From: a virus
Strand: one strand, 5' to 3'
DNA: 64,000 nucleotides
IMG/VR virus record: IMGVR_UViG_3300030943_000008
Span: 5,875-69,874 of that record
In this document: in pieces, positions 44,483 through 54,375 of the stretch
How the letters are laid out: every line of letters starts with the position of its first letter
Position numbering within the stretch: position 1 is the stretch's first letter
Made by a program: the position numbers and the translations under genes
The notes under the pieces: generated by a model
The model's database searches: none
What the model was told of the DNA's origin: nothing
Seen by the model: only the letters and a program-made list of their open reading frames with translations

Positions 44483-45589
44483 ATGAACCGGCAAGAAGCG
44501 CGAGCAGAATGGCAGAAGGTCAAAGGCGCCTATGAGGCGGCTGGCGTCATCCTGCCGGGTGTCACGATGTTCACCCCGGACGAATTTCGGAACAGCACCC
44601 TTTCCATCAACGATCTGGCGATGGACGCGGCCGGCACGCTGGTGACGGACCCGAACTCGGCAATCCCCGCCATTCTGACCACGTCGATCGATCCCGAAGT
44701 GATCCGCATCGCGTTCGCGCCGACCCAGATGGGCGAAATCCTCGGCGGCGAGCAGAAGGTCGGCGACTGGCTCGACGAAACCCGGCTGTTCCCGGTCATC
44801 GAAGATACCGGCGAAGTTTCGAGCTACGACGACTATTCGAACAACGGCATGGCTGGCATCAACTTCAACTACCCGGCCCTGCAGTCCTACCTGTTCCAGA
44901 CCATCCTGCATTACGGCGAACGCGAGACCGCGCGCGCCGGCCTGATGCGAATCAACTATGTCGGCGATCTCAACCGCGCCGCCGCCAATATGCTGAACCG
45001 GTTCGCCAACCTGACCTATGCGTTCGGCGTCCAGGGGCTGCAGAATTACGGCCTCATCAACAACCCGTACCTGTCGAGCTTCATCACGCCGATCGTCAAG
45101 GCGTGGGGCGGCACCAGCTGGTTCGATCAGGGCTCGCCAGCCGCGACCGCCAACGAGGTCTACAACGACATCGTCGCCCTGGTGAACAAGGCCATCGCGC
45201 AGACCAACGGCACGGTCGACCTCAAGGCCAGCATGACGCTGGCGATGTCGCCGGGATCGGAAGTCGCGCTGACCTTCACGAACAGTTTCGGCGTCAACGT
45301 GACCGACCTGCTCAAGAAGAACTTCCCGAACATGAAGATCAAGACCGCCGTCCAATACGGCGCCACCACGACCTTCAACACGCAGGGCTATTCGCCGGTC
45401 GGCAACGTCGTGCAGTTGATCATCGACGAGATCGACGGCCAGAAGGTCGCGAAGCCGGCGTTTAACGAAAAGATGCGCGCGCACAAGATCATCCCGGAAC
45501 TGTCGAGCTGGAAGCAGAAGCTCACCGGCGGAACGTGGGGGGTTATAATGCGCCTGCCCCTCGGCAGCGTGGGCATGATCGGCGTCTGA
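44483..45589 (+). CDS. Major capsid protein (DUF2184 type)
   Basis: LAMDA, NSAIPA.LT, GDW, GEVSSYDD, YGERE, NYGLIN, EKMRAH, GTWG. Confidence 0.92.
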   Translation: MNRQEARAEWQKVKGAYEAAGVILPGVTMFTPDEFRNSTLSINDLAMDAAGTLVTDPNSAIPAILTTSIDPEVIRIAFAPTQMGEILGGEQKVGDWLDETRLFPVIEDTGEVSSYDDYSNNGMAGINFNYPALQSYLFQTILHYGERETARAGLMRINYVGDLNRAAANMLNRFANLTYAFGVQGLQNYGLINNPYLSSFITPIVKAWGGTSWFDQGSPAATANEVYNDIVALVNKAIAQTNGTVDLKASMTLAMSPGSEVALTFTNSFGVNVTDLLKKNFPNMKIKTAVQYGATTTFNTQGYSPVGNVVQLIIDEIDGQKVAKPAFNEKMRAHKIIPELSSWKQKLTGGTWGVIMRLPLGSVGMIGV

Positions 45590-45626
45590 CGCGCTCTATC
45601 GCGTTTAGGGAAAAAAGTGTACAGAA

Positions 45627-45659
45627 CATCGGTCCCGGCAATCGGGGCCGATGTTTTTT
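45627..45659 (+). terminator. Rho-independent terminator after MCP
   Basis: CATCGGTCCCG-gcaat-CGGGGCCGATG followed by TTTTTT. Confidence 0.8.
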
Positions 45660-45668
45660 CATGAGGGA

Positions 45669-46310
45669 ATGACGACAATGGCGACAGCAGCAGAGAAGCG
45701 CGCGGCACGGGAAGCGGCACAGCATCAGGCAGCGGAGCGCGCGCCAGCGGTGGCCGCCGCAAACGCCGCGGCTGCACAAGATCCGGGTTCGGTGCGATCC
45801 GCCGATGTGATCAAGCCGCAATCGGCCGGCGGCAAGGTAACGGTGGCGTGCAAGCTCGGCATCGGCTGGTTTGATCTGCAGATTTATCAGCCCAAGAAGG
45901 TGCAGGAAAACACGCAGACAGGCCCGCGCGAGATCACGCAGTTCTTTCCGGTGCCGGGCGTCGTCCGCATCCGCGGCACGGCCTACCCGCGCGGAACGCC
46001 GCCGGAAGGCTTCCCGGCCCGGCCCGAAATGGTCGGCGGGTACGCATTGACGCGCGGCGTCGATGAACATTTCTGGGATACGTGGGTTGAGCAACAGAAG
46101 AAGAGCCCGTATGTGCTCAACAAGATGATCTTCGCGTATGAGCGCGAGTCCGACGTCAAGGGGCTGGCGCTCGACCACAAGGATGCGATGAGCGGGCTTG
46201 AACCGCTCAACCCGAAGAAAGACCCGCGGGCGCCGAAGTCGACGAACAAGTCCGTCACGGACGTCGAGACAGAAGAATCCCGCGCCGCTAAGATGGGCCA
46301 GCAGGCCTGA
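45669..46310 (+). CDS. Virion-associated protein of Bcep781-like head-tail region
   Basis: VTVACKL, GGYALT.GVD..FW..W, SGLEPLNP. Confidence 0.75.
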   Translation: MTTMATAAEKRAAREAAQHQAAERAPAVAAANAAAAQDPGSVRSADVIKPQSAGGKVTVACKLGIGWFDLQIYQPKKVQENTQTGPREITQFFPVPGVVRIRGTAYPRGTPPEGFPARPEMVGGYALTRGVDEHFWDTWVEQQKKSPYVLNKMIFAYERESDVKGLALDHKDAMSGLEPLNPKKDPRAPKSTNKSVTDVETEESRAAKMGQQA

Positions 46311-46340
46311 TTCCCAACCATCAGGACAAGGAACGCACCA

Positions 46341-46982
46341 ATGACCGAACGCCGCCTCGTAAAGGTCGCCTGCACGATCCCGAACGGCCTGACGATCCAT
46401 TTGCCGGGCATCAGCCACGACGACGGCACCGGAAAGCAGATCGCTTCCATGGGTCAGAAGATCACCCTCAAGGGACCCGGCGCGCTTGCGCTGGGCGTCA
46501 ACCAGCCGACCAGCGACGAATCCATCCTGACTGTGGTCGACGAGGAAGTCATGAATGCGTGGCTTGCGCACAACGCCCTCAGTCCGATGGTCACCGGCGG
46601 TGCCGTCTACATCGTCGGACCCGTCGATCAGCCCGAGGAAGAGCCGTTTGATCCGGCTGCGCAGGAGCCCGAAACCTCGATCCAGCAGGTCGAACTTGGC
46701 GCTGCCGTGGGCGACACAGGCAAGGACGATGGGGACGCTGGCGGCGGACAGAAGGACGACGGCAAAGGTGAGAAGCCCGCGCCCGAGCATTTCAGCGCAG
46801 ATCGCGCCAAGGAAATCGGCGGCTATCCGAATGGTGCGGTGCTGGCGTCGGTGGCGCTGCCCGGCGTCGACTGGGTCAGCGAAGTCGACGGCAACATGAC
46901 CGATCCGGATAGCGGCGAGGCCGAGGGCTGGGTTGAGCGCGAGGCTGCTGATCCTGAATCCGACGACGAAGGTCAGTTCTAA
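46341..46982 (+). CDS. Paralog of the preceding protein with acidic extension
   Basis: VKVACTIPNGL...T.VD...AW. Confidence 0.65.
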   Translation: MTERRLVKVACTIPNGLTIHLPGISHDDGTGKQIASMGQKITLKGPGALALGVNQPTSDESILTVVDEEVMNAWLAHNALSPMVTGGAVYIVGPVDQPEEEPFDPAAQEPETSIQQVELGAAVGDTGKDDGDAGGGQKDDGKGEKPAPEHFSADRAKEIGGYPNGAVLASVALPGVDWVSEVDGNMTDPDSGEAEGWVEREAADPESDDEGQF

Positions 46983-47498
46983 ATGAGCACCCCGACCCAG
47001 CCGATCACGTTCGTCTACGCAGACTGGGTCGGGATGTTTCCCGAGTTCTCCGCCGTATCGCCGGCGATGGGGCAGATTTATTTCGATATCGCCGATGCCT
47101 ATTTCGCGAACAGCATCTTCAACCCGGCGTTCGGCTGCGGCGATCCGGAATCCATCGCGCGCATGACCCGGCTGTCCTACATGGTGACGGCGCATATCGC
47201 GTGGCTGCTGGCGCCGCGGGACCTGAACGGCAATCCGTCGGCGACCGGCCAGCCAGCCTCCCCGCTGGTGGGCCGCATCAATTCAGCGACGGAAGGATCC
47301 GTCTCGCTCGGCATCGAACTCACTGGCGGCGGATCGCCCTCGGAGGCGTTTTTCACGCAGACGAAATATGGTTTTCTTTTTTGGCAGGCCACTGCGCAAT
47401 ACCGCACCGCGCAATATCTCGCCAACCCGACCTATGTGGCCGGCACCGGCGTGCCGTTCGGGCTGGGCTATCGCGGGCGCCGCGGTGGCGGTTTCTAA
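46983..47498 (+). CDS. Head-tail adaptor (DUF4054)
   Basis: FPEF, AHIA.L, LVGRINSATEGSVS, QTKYG..FWQAT. Confidence 0.85.
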   Translation: MSTPTQPITFVYADWVGMFPEFSAVSPAMGQIYFDIADAYFANSIFNPAFGCGDPESIARMTRLSYMVTAHIAWLLAPRDLNGNPSATGQPASPLVGRINSATEGSVSLGIELTGGGSPSEAFFTQTKYGFLFWQATAQYRTAQYLANPTYVAGTGVPFGLGYRGRRGGGF

Positions 47499-47520
47499 TG
47501 AAATAAGGTAGATTCAAGGG

Positions 47521-48156
47521 ATGAAAACATCCCCTGAAATCATGCGAAGCGCTGGCGTCTACGAGATTTGCATCAAGCGCGGAGCCAAGCCACCCCAATT
47601 TTATATTGGACAGGCAACCATCCTGCGGAAGCGGCGGACGGTTCATCTTCGGGCGCTCGCCGCTGGGAAACACGGAAATTCTAGACTTCAACGGGCCTAC
47701 AATAAATATGGCCCAGAATCGTTGAGCTTTCGCCCGTTGCTGGTCTGTGAGCGCAAGAAAGAAACGCTCGACATGTACGAGAAGGCCATTCTCGATAGCT
47801 ACCAGAGAGACGCAATCTTCAATATGTGCCTCGAATGCGTCGGGTCCAAGCTTGGTGTCAAAATGTCGGATGCCACGAAAAGGAAGATCGGTGCCGCCAA
47901 TAAGGGAGCGTTCCGATCGCAAAGTCACAGGGATGCCGTCCGCCTGTCGAACCAGACTCGTATCGTTAGTGCTGAAACCAGAAAGAAGATGGCAATAGCG
48001 CGAACTGGAAACAAAAACTGTTTGGGGCGAAAGCTGACTGACGAGCATAAAGCCAACGTAGGGGCGGGACTCAAGGGGATGAAAAAGACCAAGGAAGAAC
48101 TTGAACGACGGGGCGCCACTAGGAGAAAGAATGCCGAATCTCGAGGGTATTATTGA
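47521..48156 (+). CDS. GIY-YIG homing endonuclease with NUMOD3-like repeats
   Basis: GVYEI...FYIGQA..R...H...H.N..LQRAYNKYG; SDATKRKIG and SAETRKKMA repeats. Confidence 0.88.
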   Translation: MKTSPEIMRSAGVYEICIKRGAKPPQFYIGQATILRKRRTVHLRALAAGKHGNSRLQRAYNKYGPESLSFRPLLVCERKKETLDMYEKAILDSYQRDAIFNMCLECVGSKLGVKMSDATKRKIGAANKGAFRSQSHRDAVRLSNQTRIVSAETRKKMAIARTGNKNCLGRKLTDEHKANVGAGLKGMKKTKEELERRGATRRKNAESRGYY

Positions 48157-48158
48157 TC

Positions 48159-48605
48159 ATGGCTACGATCACGGGCGGAGATAAACTGGCGACCATCCTT
48201 CGAGCATTGGTGGAAAAATCCACCAATGCATCGTCTGTAAAAGTTGGATTTTTATCTGGGGCGTCTTATCCCGATGGGACGCCTGTCGCTATGGTCGCTG
48301 CCGTGCAAAACTTCGGCGCCCCGCGCGCCGGCATTCCGCCGCGGCCGTTCTTCAGCAATATGATCGCCGAGAAAAGCCCGGAATGGGGCCCTGCGCTGGG
48401 CGCGCTGCTGATCGACAACGAGTTCGATGCTTTCCGCGCGCTGCAACTGGCCGGCGAGGGAATTTCTGGACAATTGGTGCAGTCGATTCAGGACACCAAC
48501 AGCCCACCTCTCGCGCAATCGACCATTGACGCCAAGGGATTTTCTAAAACCTTGATCGACACGGGACAACTTTGGCAATCTGTGGCATACGAGGTGAAGG
48601 AATAG
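48159..48605 (+). CDS. Neck / tail completion protein
   Basis: VGFL...YPDG, IPPRPFF, PPLA.STI..KGF.K.LIDTG. Confidence 0.85.
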   Translation: MATITGGDKLATILRALVEKSTNASSVKVGFLSGASYPDGTPVAMVAAVQNFGAPRAGIPPRPFFSNMIAEKSPEWGPALGALLIDNEFDAFRALQLAGEGISGQLVQSIQDTNSPPLAQSTIDAKGFSKTLIDTGQLWQSVAYEVKE

Positions 48606-48667
48606 TCCCGGGCCGGCGTATCAGGCCTTTTCATCGCTAACGGCGGGAGCCGGAAGGAAAACCTGAC

Positions 48668-49651
48668 ATGACGCGCGTAACTCTCTGGTCCTCATCCGCT
48701 GGCGATATCCCGGCAAACCTGGCTTTCACGAACAATTTCAGCGCGACGACGGATCCGTCGGTCGGCAACGATTCGACGCAGCGGTATTCGGTCGGTTCGG
48801 TTTGGATCAACACGACCACCGATCAGGCGTTCATCTGCACCGATGCGACCGCTGGCGCGGCCGTGTGGGCGCCGTCGACCACGGGTGGCACGCAGGGCCA
48901 GGTAATCGCGCCTTCGGCGGCGACGGCGTCCAGCGCCGGTTCTGCGGCCCTGCTGCGCGGCGGTGCGGGCGGATCGACCTCGGGGGCCGGTGGTGCCGCC
49001 AACGTCACCGGTGGGGCCGCTACGGCGGGCAACTCGGCGGGCGGCGCGACCACACAAACCGGCGGCGCAGGGTCCGGTAGCGGGGCGGGCGGGGCGGCCG
49101 GGCAGACGGGAGGCGTCGGCGGCGCGACGGGCGCGGGCGGTGCGGCTTCGGTCACCGGTGGTGCCGGCGGCGCAACATCGGGCACGGGCGGCGCGGCAAA
49201 CCTCACGGGCGGCGCCGGATCGGCCGGCAACGCGAACGGCGGATCGGTCGTGATCTCTGGTGGTGCCGGAAATGGCACCGGCGTGGCTGGGTCGATTCGC
49301 GAGCTCGGCCTCGTCATGAAAGCGCAGGGCGCTGAAGCCTCCCTGAACGCCACAGGAACTCTGACCGCAGCGCAGATGATCACAGGCATCATCACGTCGA
49401 CGACCGCGGCCGCGGTTTCGGCCACGTTGCCACTTGCGACCGCAATGGATACCGCGATCCCCGATTCCGCGGCGAACGATTCGTTTGATTTCTCCGTGAT
49501 CAATACGGGGGCATCAAATGCGTTTACCATCCTGACGGCCGCCGGGTGGGCGGCATTTGTCGGTTCAGTTGTCGTGGCACTCAGCACTTCGGCGCACTTC
49601 CGTGCCCGCAAGACTGCCGTCGGCGCGTGGACGCTCTATCGCATCTCCTGA
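48668..49651 (+). CDS. Glycine-rich virion fibre/decoration protein
   Basis: N-terminal TDP..D....YSVGSVWINT module; central (TGGAG)n repeats; C-terminal beta domain. Confidence 0.65.
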   Translation: MTRVTLWSSSAGDIPANLAFTNNFSATTDPSVGNDSTQRYSVGSVWINTTTDQAFICTDATAGAAVWAPSTTGGTQGQVIAPSAATASSAGSAALLRGGAGGSTSGAGGAANVTGGAATAGNSAGGATTQTGGAGSGSGAGGAAGQTGGVGGATGAGGAASVTGGAGGATSGTGGAANLTGGAGSAGNANGGSVVISGGAGNGTGVAGSIRELGLVMKAQGAEASLNATGTLTAAQMITGIITSTTAAAVSATLPLATAMDTAIPDSAANDSFDFSVINTGASNAFTILTAAGWAAFVGSVVVALSTSAHFRARKTAVGAWTLYRIS

Positions 49652-49707
49652 CGATGCTGACGGGCTTGCGCAGGCGCGCAGGCCCGTCCTTTCCGTGAGG
49701 CGCGGCC

Positions 49708-50310
49708 ATGAACCTTCATTCCATCGTTTCGCCGATCATCGGCGCCGTGAACCCGCTTATCCCGGTCGCTGTGCGAATCAGCATCGGACAGGGTGATACG
49801 CAGCCCGATGGCAGCCGCCCGCCGCTGTATGCCACGCCTGGTGCGTTCACGGGCTCAATTGACAGGACGACGCTGACCGTCACGGCTGTCGCTGTGGGTG
49901 TCCTGCAGCCAGGCCAGATGCTGGCTGAGGTGACGCCGGGCGGCTTGGCCGCAGCGACGTCGATCACCGCGCAACTGACCGGCGACGATGGAGGAATCGG
50001 AACCTATTCGGTAAACCGGACCCAGACCGTCGCATCCGAAGACTTCGTTACCGTCATGACGATCATGGCGCAGATGCAGCCCCTGACGTGGGGCGATCTA
50101 CAGCAACTCGACGGTGTCAACCTCGGTGGATCTGCCAATGCGCTATACGTCAGCGGCGACCTGAACGGCATCGTGCGCGTTCGTCTCAAGGGCGGAGATT
50201 TAGTCACGCTCACCGATGGTAGCGTGTGGCTGGTCCGGCAATCGCTCGAGGGATGGAGTCTCACGGCTGGCTGGACAAAATGTGTCATAACGTTGCAGGC
50301 GGGAGCATAA
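49708..50310 (+). CDS. Head closure protein with one inserted beta module
   Basis: MNLH.IV...I.AVNP, QPLT..DL..LDG.N, GGDLV, W.K..ITLQ. Confidence 0.75.
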   Translation: MNLHSIVSPIIGAVNPLIPVAVRISIGQGDTQPDGSRPPLYATPGAFTGSIDRTTLTVTAVAVGVLQPGQMLAEVTPGGLAAATSITAQLTGDDGGIGTYSVNRTQTVASEDFVTVMTIMAQMQPLTWGDLQQLDGVNLGGSANALYVSGDLNGIVRVRLKGGDLVTLTDGSVWLVRQSLEGWSLTAGWTKCVITLQAGA

Positions 50311-50312
50311 TC

Positions 50313-50411
50313 ATGCCATGGCAAGTTTGGGCAGTAATCGGTGCGATCTGTTTAATTTTTCTCTGTGGTTTGATCTATATTCGGCTATCGGCCGGCGCAG
50401 TCGGGGATTGA
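50313..50411 (+). CDS. Tiny membrane peptide
   Basis: RBS GGAG; 32 aa, hydrophobic. Confidence 0.35.
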   Translation: MPWQVWAVIGAICLIFLCGLIYIRLSAGAVGD

Positions 50412-50452
50412 TCGCCAAGCATAGGAAACATGAAAATGAGTAGGGAATCAAG

Positions 50453-50815
50453 ATGAACCGTTTTTCAAGGTTGATTGCGGTCGCCGCGATGGCGCTGTTC
50501 GTTACCAGCGCGCAGGCGCAGATCACCGTTCCGGGACTCCCGATTGTGCCGTTGGGATATTGCCAATTGACGTCGCTTGCCGCGTCCACCGGACTATCAG
50601 CATGCTCGGGTGGCATCCCGGCAGGCGCTCGGATGGCATTCATCCAAGCCGAGGCGACCGCCATTCGGTATCGAGACGATGCGGTGGCACCAACCGCCTC
50701 CGTTGGCATGCCTGTGGCTGCTGGCGGATCGTTTTTCTATGTCGGAACCTTGAGTAAGGTGCTGATCATCGAGCAGACATCCCCCGCGAAACTGAATGTT
50801 CTTTTTTACAGATAG
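50453..50815 (+). CDS. Hypothetical protein with signal-like N-terminus
   Basis: AQA cleavage site; IRYRDD..PTASVGMP motif. Confidence 0.65.
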   Translation: MNRFSRLIAVAAMALFVTSAQAQITVPGLPIVPLGYCQLTSLAASTGLSACSGGIPAGARMAFIQAEATAIRYRDDAVAPTASVGMPVAAGGSFFYVGTLSKVLIIEQTSPAKLNVLFYR

Positions 50816-50823
50816 GAGAAAAC

Positions 50824-51081
50824 ATGCCCCTCAAGATTGTAAGCCAAAATTATTCTATTCGTCTCCGTGGAGATGGCGTCAGCACATCCATCTCCGTGGA
50901 TTTCTACGATCAGATCGCAGGTGACAGAACGATTCACAACAAGACGCCAGATGGCGTTCTTGTGGGAAATTCAGACGCGTCTGGGGTTTTTTCAGGAACG
51001 GTTGTCACCTTCACTTGGGCGACACCGCCATCAAACGGATCAATAGACAATCCGTCCGTACTTTTTACTTTTCCCAACTAG
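50824..51081 (+). CDS. Small beta-rich protein
   Basis: RBS AGGAG; GDGVSTS...TFTWATPP. Confidence 0.6.
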   Translation: MPLKIVSQNYSIRLRGDGVSTSISVDFYDQIAGDRTIHNKTPDGVLVGNSDASGVFSGTVVTFTWATPPSNGSIDNPSVLFTFPN

Positions 51082-52077
51082 ATGACCATGAACGCGACGA
51101 TCTCACCGAATCGAACCGATATCCTGTCGGCGCTGAGGTCGTTCCTTCTCGCGGTGCTGCCGGACGGCACCGACGTGATCCTCGCGATTGAAAACCGGGT
51201 GCCGGAGCCGACCGGCCCGAATTTCGCGATCATGAGCCCGATCCGGTTTCAGCGTCTTTCGACGAACGTGGACGGAAATGCCGACGTGCTGTTTTCTGGC
51301 ACGATTGCGCCGGCGCCGGCATCGTTCACCGGAGCCATCGCGCCCGCGCCAGCTAACCCCAGCCTGCCGGCATCTGGCATCATGACCGTGTCCGCGGTGG
51401 CGAGCGGGACGCTCCTGGTCGGCGGGGCACTGTCGGGAACGAAGGTCGCGGCCGGCACCACGATCACCCGGCAGATATCCGGCGCGCCCGGCGGCGCCGG
51501 TATCTATGGGGTCTCGATCAGCCAGGCGACCCCCGGCACCACGATTGCACAGGCTTGCGGGCTGATGACCGTCACGTCGGTGGTGCGCGGCTCCGTGCTG
51601 GTTGGCGCGGCGGTGTTTGGCGTCGACGTCACGGCGGGGACGAGGATTACCGCGCGCGGGACCGGCGCAGGCGGGACGGGCACCTATGCGGTCAACCTCA
51701 GCCAGGCGGTCACCAGCCAGCTGATGTCGTCCGGCTCGAAGTCGATGACCCAGAGCAGCAAGGTCACGGTCCAGATCGATTTCCACAGCATTGACGGCTC
51801 GTCGGCCGACATGGCGCAGACGGTTTCGACGACGTTTCGCGACGCCATGGCGGTGCAATTTTTCGCCGGGCTGGACTATCCGCTCAATCAGGCGTCGCCG
51901 TTCTACGCCGATGATCCGCGGCTGATGCCGTTCCTGAACGAAAATTCGCAATATGAGCGCCGATGGGTCGTCGAGGCAGAGTTGCAGGCGAACCAGATTG
52001 TGGCATCGCCGCAGCAGTTCTTCGATGTGGTCGATTTGGAAGTTATCAGCGTCGATGCGGTCTATCCGCCTGCCTGA
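51082..52077 (+). CDS. Tail terminator / neck protein with two inserted beta modules
   Basis: NRVPEP, RLSTN, VQIDF, P.YADDPR.MPF.N...QYE.RW. Confidence 0.8.
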   Translation: MTMNATISPNRTDILSALRSFLLAVLPDGTDVILAIENRVPEPTGPNFAIMSPIRFQRLSTNVDGNADVLFSGTIAPAPASFTGAIAPAPANPSLPASGIMTVSAVASGTLLVGGALSGTKVAAGTTITRQISGAPGGAGIYGVSISQATPGTTIAQACGLMTVTSVVRGSVLVGAAVFGVDVTAGTRITARGTGAGGTGTYAVNLSQAVTSQLMSSGSKSMTQSSKVTVQIDFHSIDGSSADMAQTVSTTFRDAMAVQFFAGLDYPLNQASPFYADDPRLMPFLNENSQYERRWVVEAELQANQIVASPQQFFDVVDLEVISVDAVYPPA

Positions 52078-52156
52078 CCTCGCGCGGCTGTGCAGCGCGG
52101 GATTTTGATGTATAAGCGACTCGCGCCCGCACGGCTTTCCTCGGGGAGAAATTTCG

Positions 52157-54358
52157 ATGACGTCTATCCCGGCAAATGAACTGGTCAATATTTCCCCGAG
52201 CGTGCTCGGTGCCGGTGGCGATGGCGTCAACATCATCGGCCTCGTTTTGACCAACAGCGCCCGCGCGCCGGTCGGCAGCGTGATTGCCTTCCCGGATGGC
52301 GCATCGGTCTCGAACTATTTCGGGCCCGGATCAATCGAAGCGCAGGTCGCGAACGGCGGGACGAACTTCGGCACCGGCTATTTCGGCGGCTTCACGGGAT
52401 CGTCCAAACAGCCCGGCTCCATCCTTTTTGCCCAGTACAATCAGACGGCGGTGGCCGCCTATCTGCGAGGCGGTAGCGTCGCGGCCCTGTCGCTGGCGCA
52501 GCTGCAGGCCATCAACGGCACCCTCACGGTCACCGTGGACAGCGTCCCGCTGACCGCCCCGGCACTGAACCTTGCGGGCGCGACCAGCTTTTCCAACGGC
52601 GCGGCCATCATTCAAAGCGCGCTGCAGGCGTCGGCTCCGGCTGGCGCTTCTTTCACGGGATCCATCGGCGGCGTCGTCACCGGATCGATCGGCGCGACCT
52701 TCACCTCGACCGGTTCCGGCACCAATATGACCGCCTCGGCAGTGGTCGGCGTGCTGCGGCCTGGCTGCCAGATCAGCGGCACTGGCGTCCCGGCCGGCAC
52801 CTACATCGTCTCGCAGACCTCGGGCACCACGGGCGCCGCCGGCGTCTATGTGACCAACAACGTCACGACCTCGGTCGCGGCCGCATTGACGGCCACCAGC
52901 AACGTGCTCGACGTCACCGCCGTGACCTCCGGGACGCTGCAGGCCACGGACGTGATTTCCGGCACCAACGTGACCGTTGGCACCGTCATCGGCTCGCAGC
53001 TCACCGGCTCGCCGGGCGGCATCGGTACCTATGCGATCGGCACCTATCAGCAGGCCGCCAGCACTACCATCACGTCGCTTTCCAGCACCCTCAACGTCAC
53101 GGCGGTAAGTTCGGGTTCCATCATCGTCGGTGCGCTGCTAGCGGGCACCAACATCACGGCGAACACGCTGGTGACGTCGCAGAAAACCGGCACAGGCGGC
53201 GTCGGTACCTACGGGCTGTCGAAGTCGTCCACGACGGTCTCGGAGACCATCACCACCACGGCGGTTGCGCCGCTGGTGACCTATGACAGTCTGTCCGGCG
53301 CATTCATCGTCACCTCCGGCACCACGGGCGCGACTTCGACGGTCAGCTATGGCAGCGGCACCACGGCGGATGCGCTGAATCTCGGCGCGTCCGATGGTGC
53401 GGTACTATCGCAGGGCGCGGCCGCAGCAGTACCGGCGGCATTCATGGATGCGCTGATCGTCCAAAACCCGAACTGGGCCACGTTTTTCACGACGTTCGAC
53501 CCCGACGTTTCTGGCAGTTCCGTCAAGCAGGCCTTCGCGGCATGGAAGAATAGCCAGAACAACCGCTATGCCTACCTCGGGTGGGATCTTGATGTGACGC
53601 CGACCAACACGCTGCCGGCCACCACCAGCCTCGGCGCCGTGCTGGCCGCCAACCAGGACTCCGGGACATGCCTGCTGGACGGTGACCCCGCGTCTGGTTG
53701 GAATCTTGCCGCCGCCGTCGCGCTCGCCGCCTTCATCGCCGGCGCCGCCGCATCGATCGACTTCACGCAAACCCGTGGCCGAATCAGTTTCGCCTACAAG
53801 GCGCAGGCCGGACTATTGGCTACCGTCACGACGCCGAAGATCGCCAATAACTTGGCGGGCGATACGCAGACCAATGGCAGCCGCGGCAACGGCTACAATT
53901 TCTATGGTGCCTATGGCAACGCGAACGCGAACTTCACATGGTTTCAGCGCGGCTTCGTCACCGGACCGTTCAAGTGGCTGGACAGCTACATCAACCAGAT
54001 TTGGCTGAACAACGCGCTGCAGAACGCGCTGTTGGTTCTGCAACAGAACTCGCTGTCGATCCCGTACAGCAATGATGGCAATGCGCTGATCGAATCGGCG
54101 CTCGCGGACCCGATTCAGGCTGGCTTGAATTTCGGCGCGTTCGGCCCCGGCAACCTGTCGTCGACGCAGATCGCGCAGGTCAATGCATCGGCCGGCGCCA
54201 AGATCGCCAGCACGCTGCAGACACAGGGCTACTATCTGCAAATCCTGCCTGCGACCGCGCAGACCCGCGCCGGCCGGACCAGCCCGCCTGCGAAATTCTG
54301 GTACATCGATCAGGGCAGCGTCCAGGCAATCAGCCTTTCCAGCGTCGCGCTGAGCTAA
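52157..54358 (+). CDS. Contractile tail sheath (DUF3383) with three inserted beta modules
   Basis: IPANELVNISPSVL, AAYLRGG, NWATF, GYNFYG, WLDSYINQIWL, WY.D.GSVQ. Confidence 0.9.
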   Translation: MTSIPANELVNISPSVLGAGGDGVNIIGLVLTNSARAPVGSVIAFPDGASVSNYFGPGSIEAQVANGGTNFGTGYFGGFTGSSKQPGSILFAQYNQTAVAAYLRGGSVAALSLAQLQAINGTLTVTVDSVPLTAPALNLAGATSFSNGAAIIQSALQASAPAGASFTGSIGGVVTGSIGATFTSTGSGTNMTASAVVGVLRPGCQISGTGVPAGTYIVSQTSGTTGAAGVYVTNNVTTSVAAALTATSNVLDVTAVTSGTLQATDVISGTNVTVGTVIGSQLTGSPGGIGTYAIGTYQQAASTTITSLSSTLNVTAVSSGSIIVGALLAGTNITANTLVTSQKTGTGGVGTYGLSKSSTTVSETITTTAVAPLVTYDSLSGAFIVTSGTTGATSTVSYGSGTTADALNLGASDGAVLSQGAAAAVPAAFMDALIVQNPNWATFFTTFDPDVSGSSVKQAFAAWKNSQNNRYAYLGWDLDVTPTNTLPATTSLGAVLAANQDSGTCLLDGDPASGWNLAAAVALAAFIAGAAASIDFTQTRGRISFAYKAQAGLLATVTTPKIANNLAGDTQTNGSRGNGYNFYGAYGNANANFTWFQRGFVTGPFKWLDSYINQIWLNNALQNALLVLQQNSLSIPYSNDGNALIESALADPIQAGLNFGAFGPGNLSSTQIAQVNASAGAKIASTLQTQGYYLQILPATAQTRAGRTSPPAKFWYIDQGSVQAISLSSVALS

Positions 54359-54375
54359 CCGGAGACGATCACGCC

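Noticed and set aside
31199-47195. Long antisense ORFs (e.g. 31199-32653, 44300-45484, 45543-47195) and similar ones elsewhere
   Set aside because: Shadows of high-GC3 genes on the opposite strand, with no motifs or RBS
47521-48156. Group I intron around the GIY-YIG gene
   Set aside because: Both flanking genes are complete and there is no room for intron core structure; it is a free-standing endonuclease
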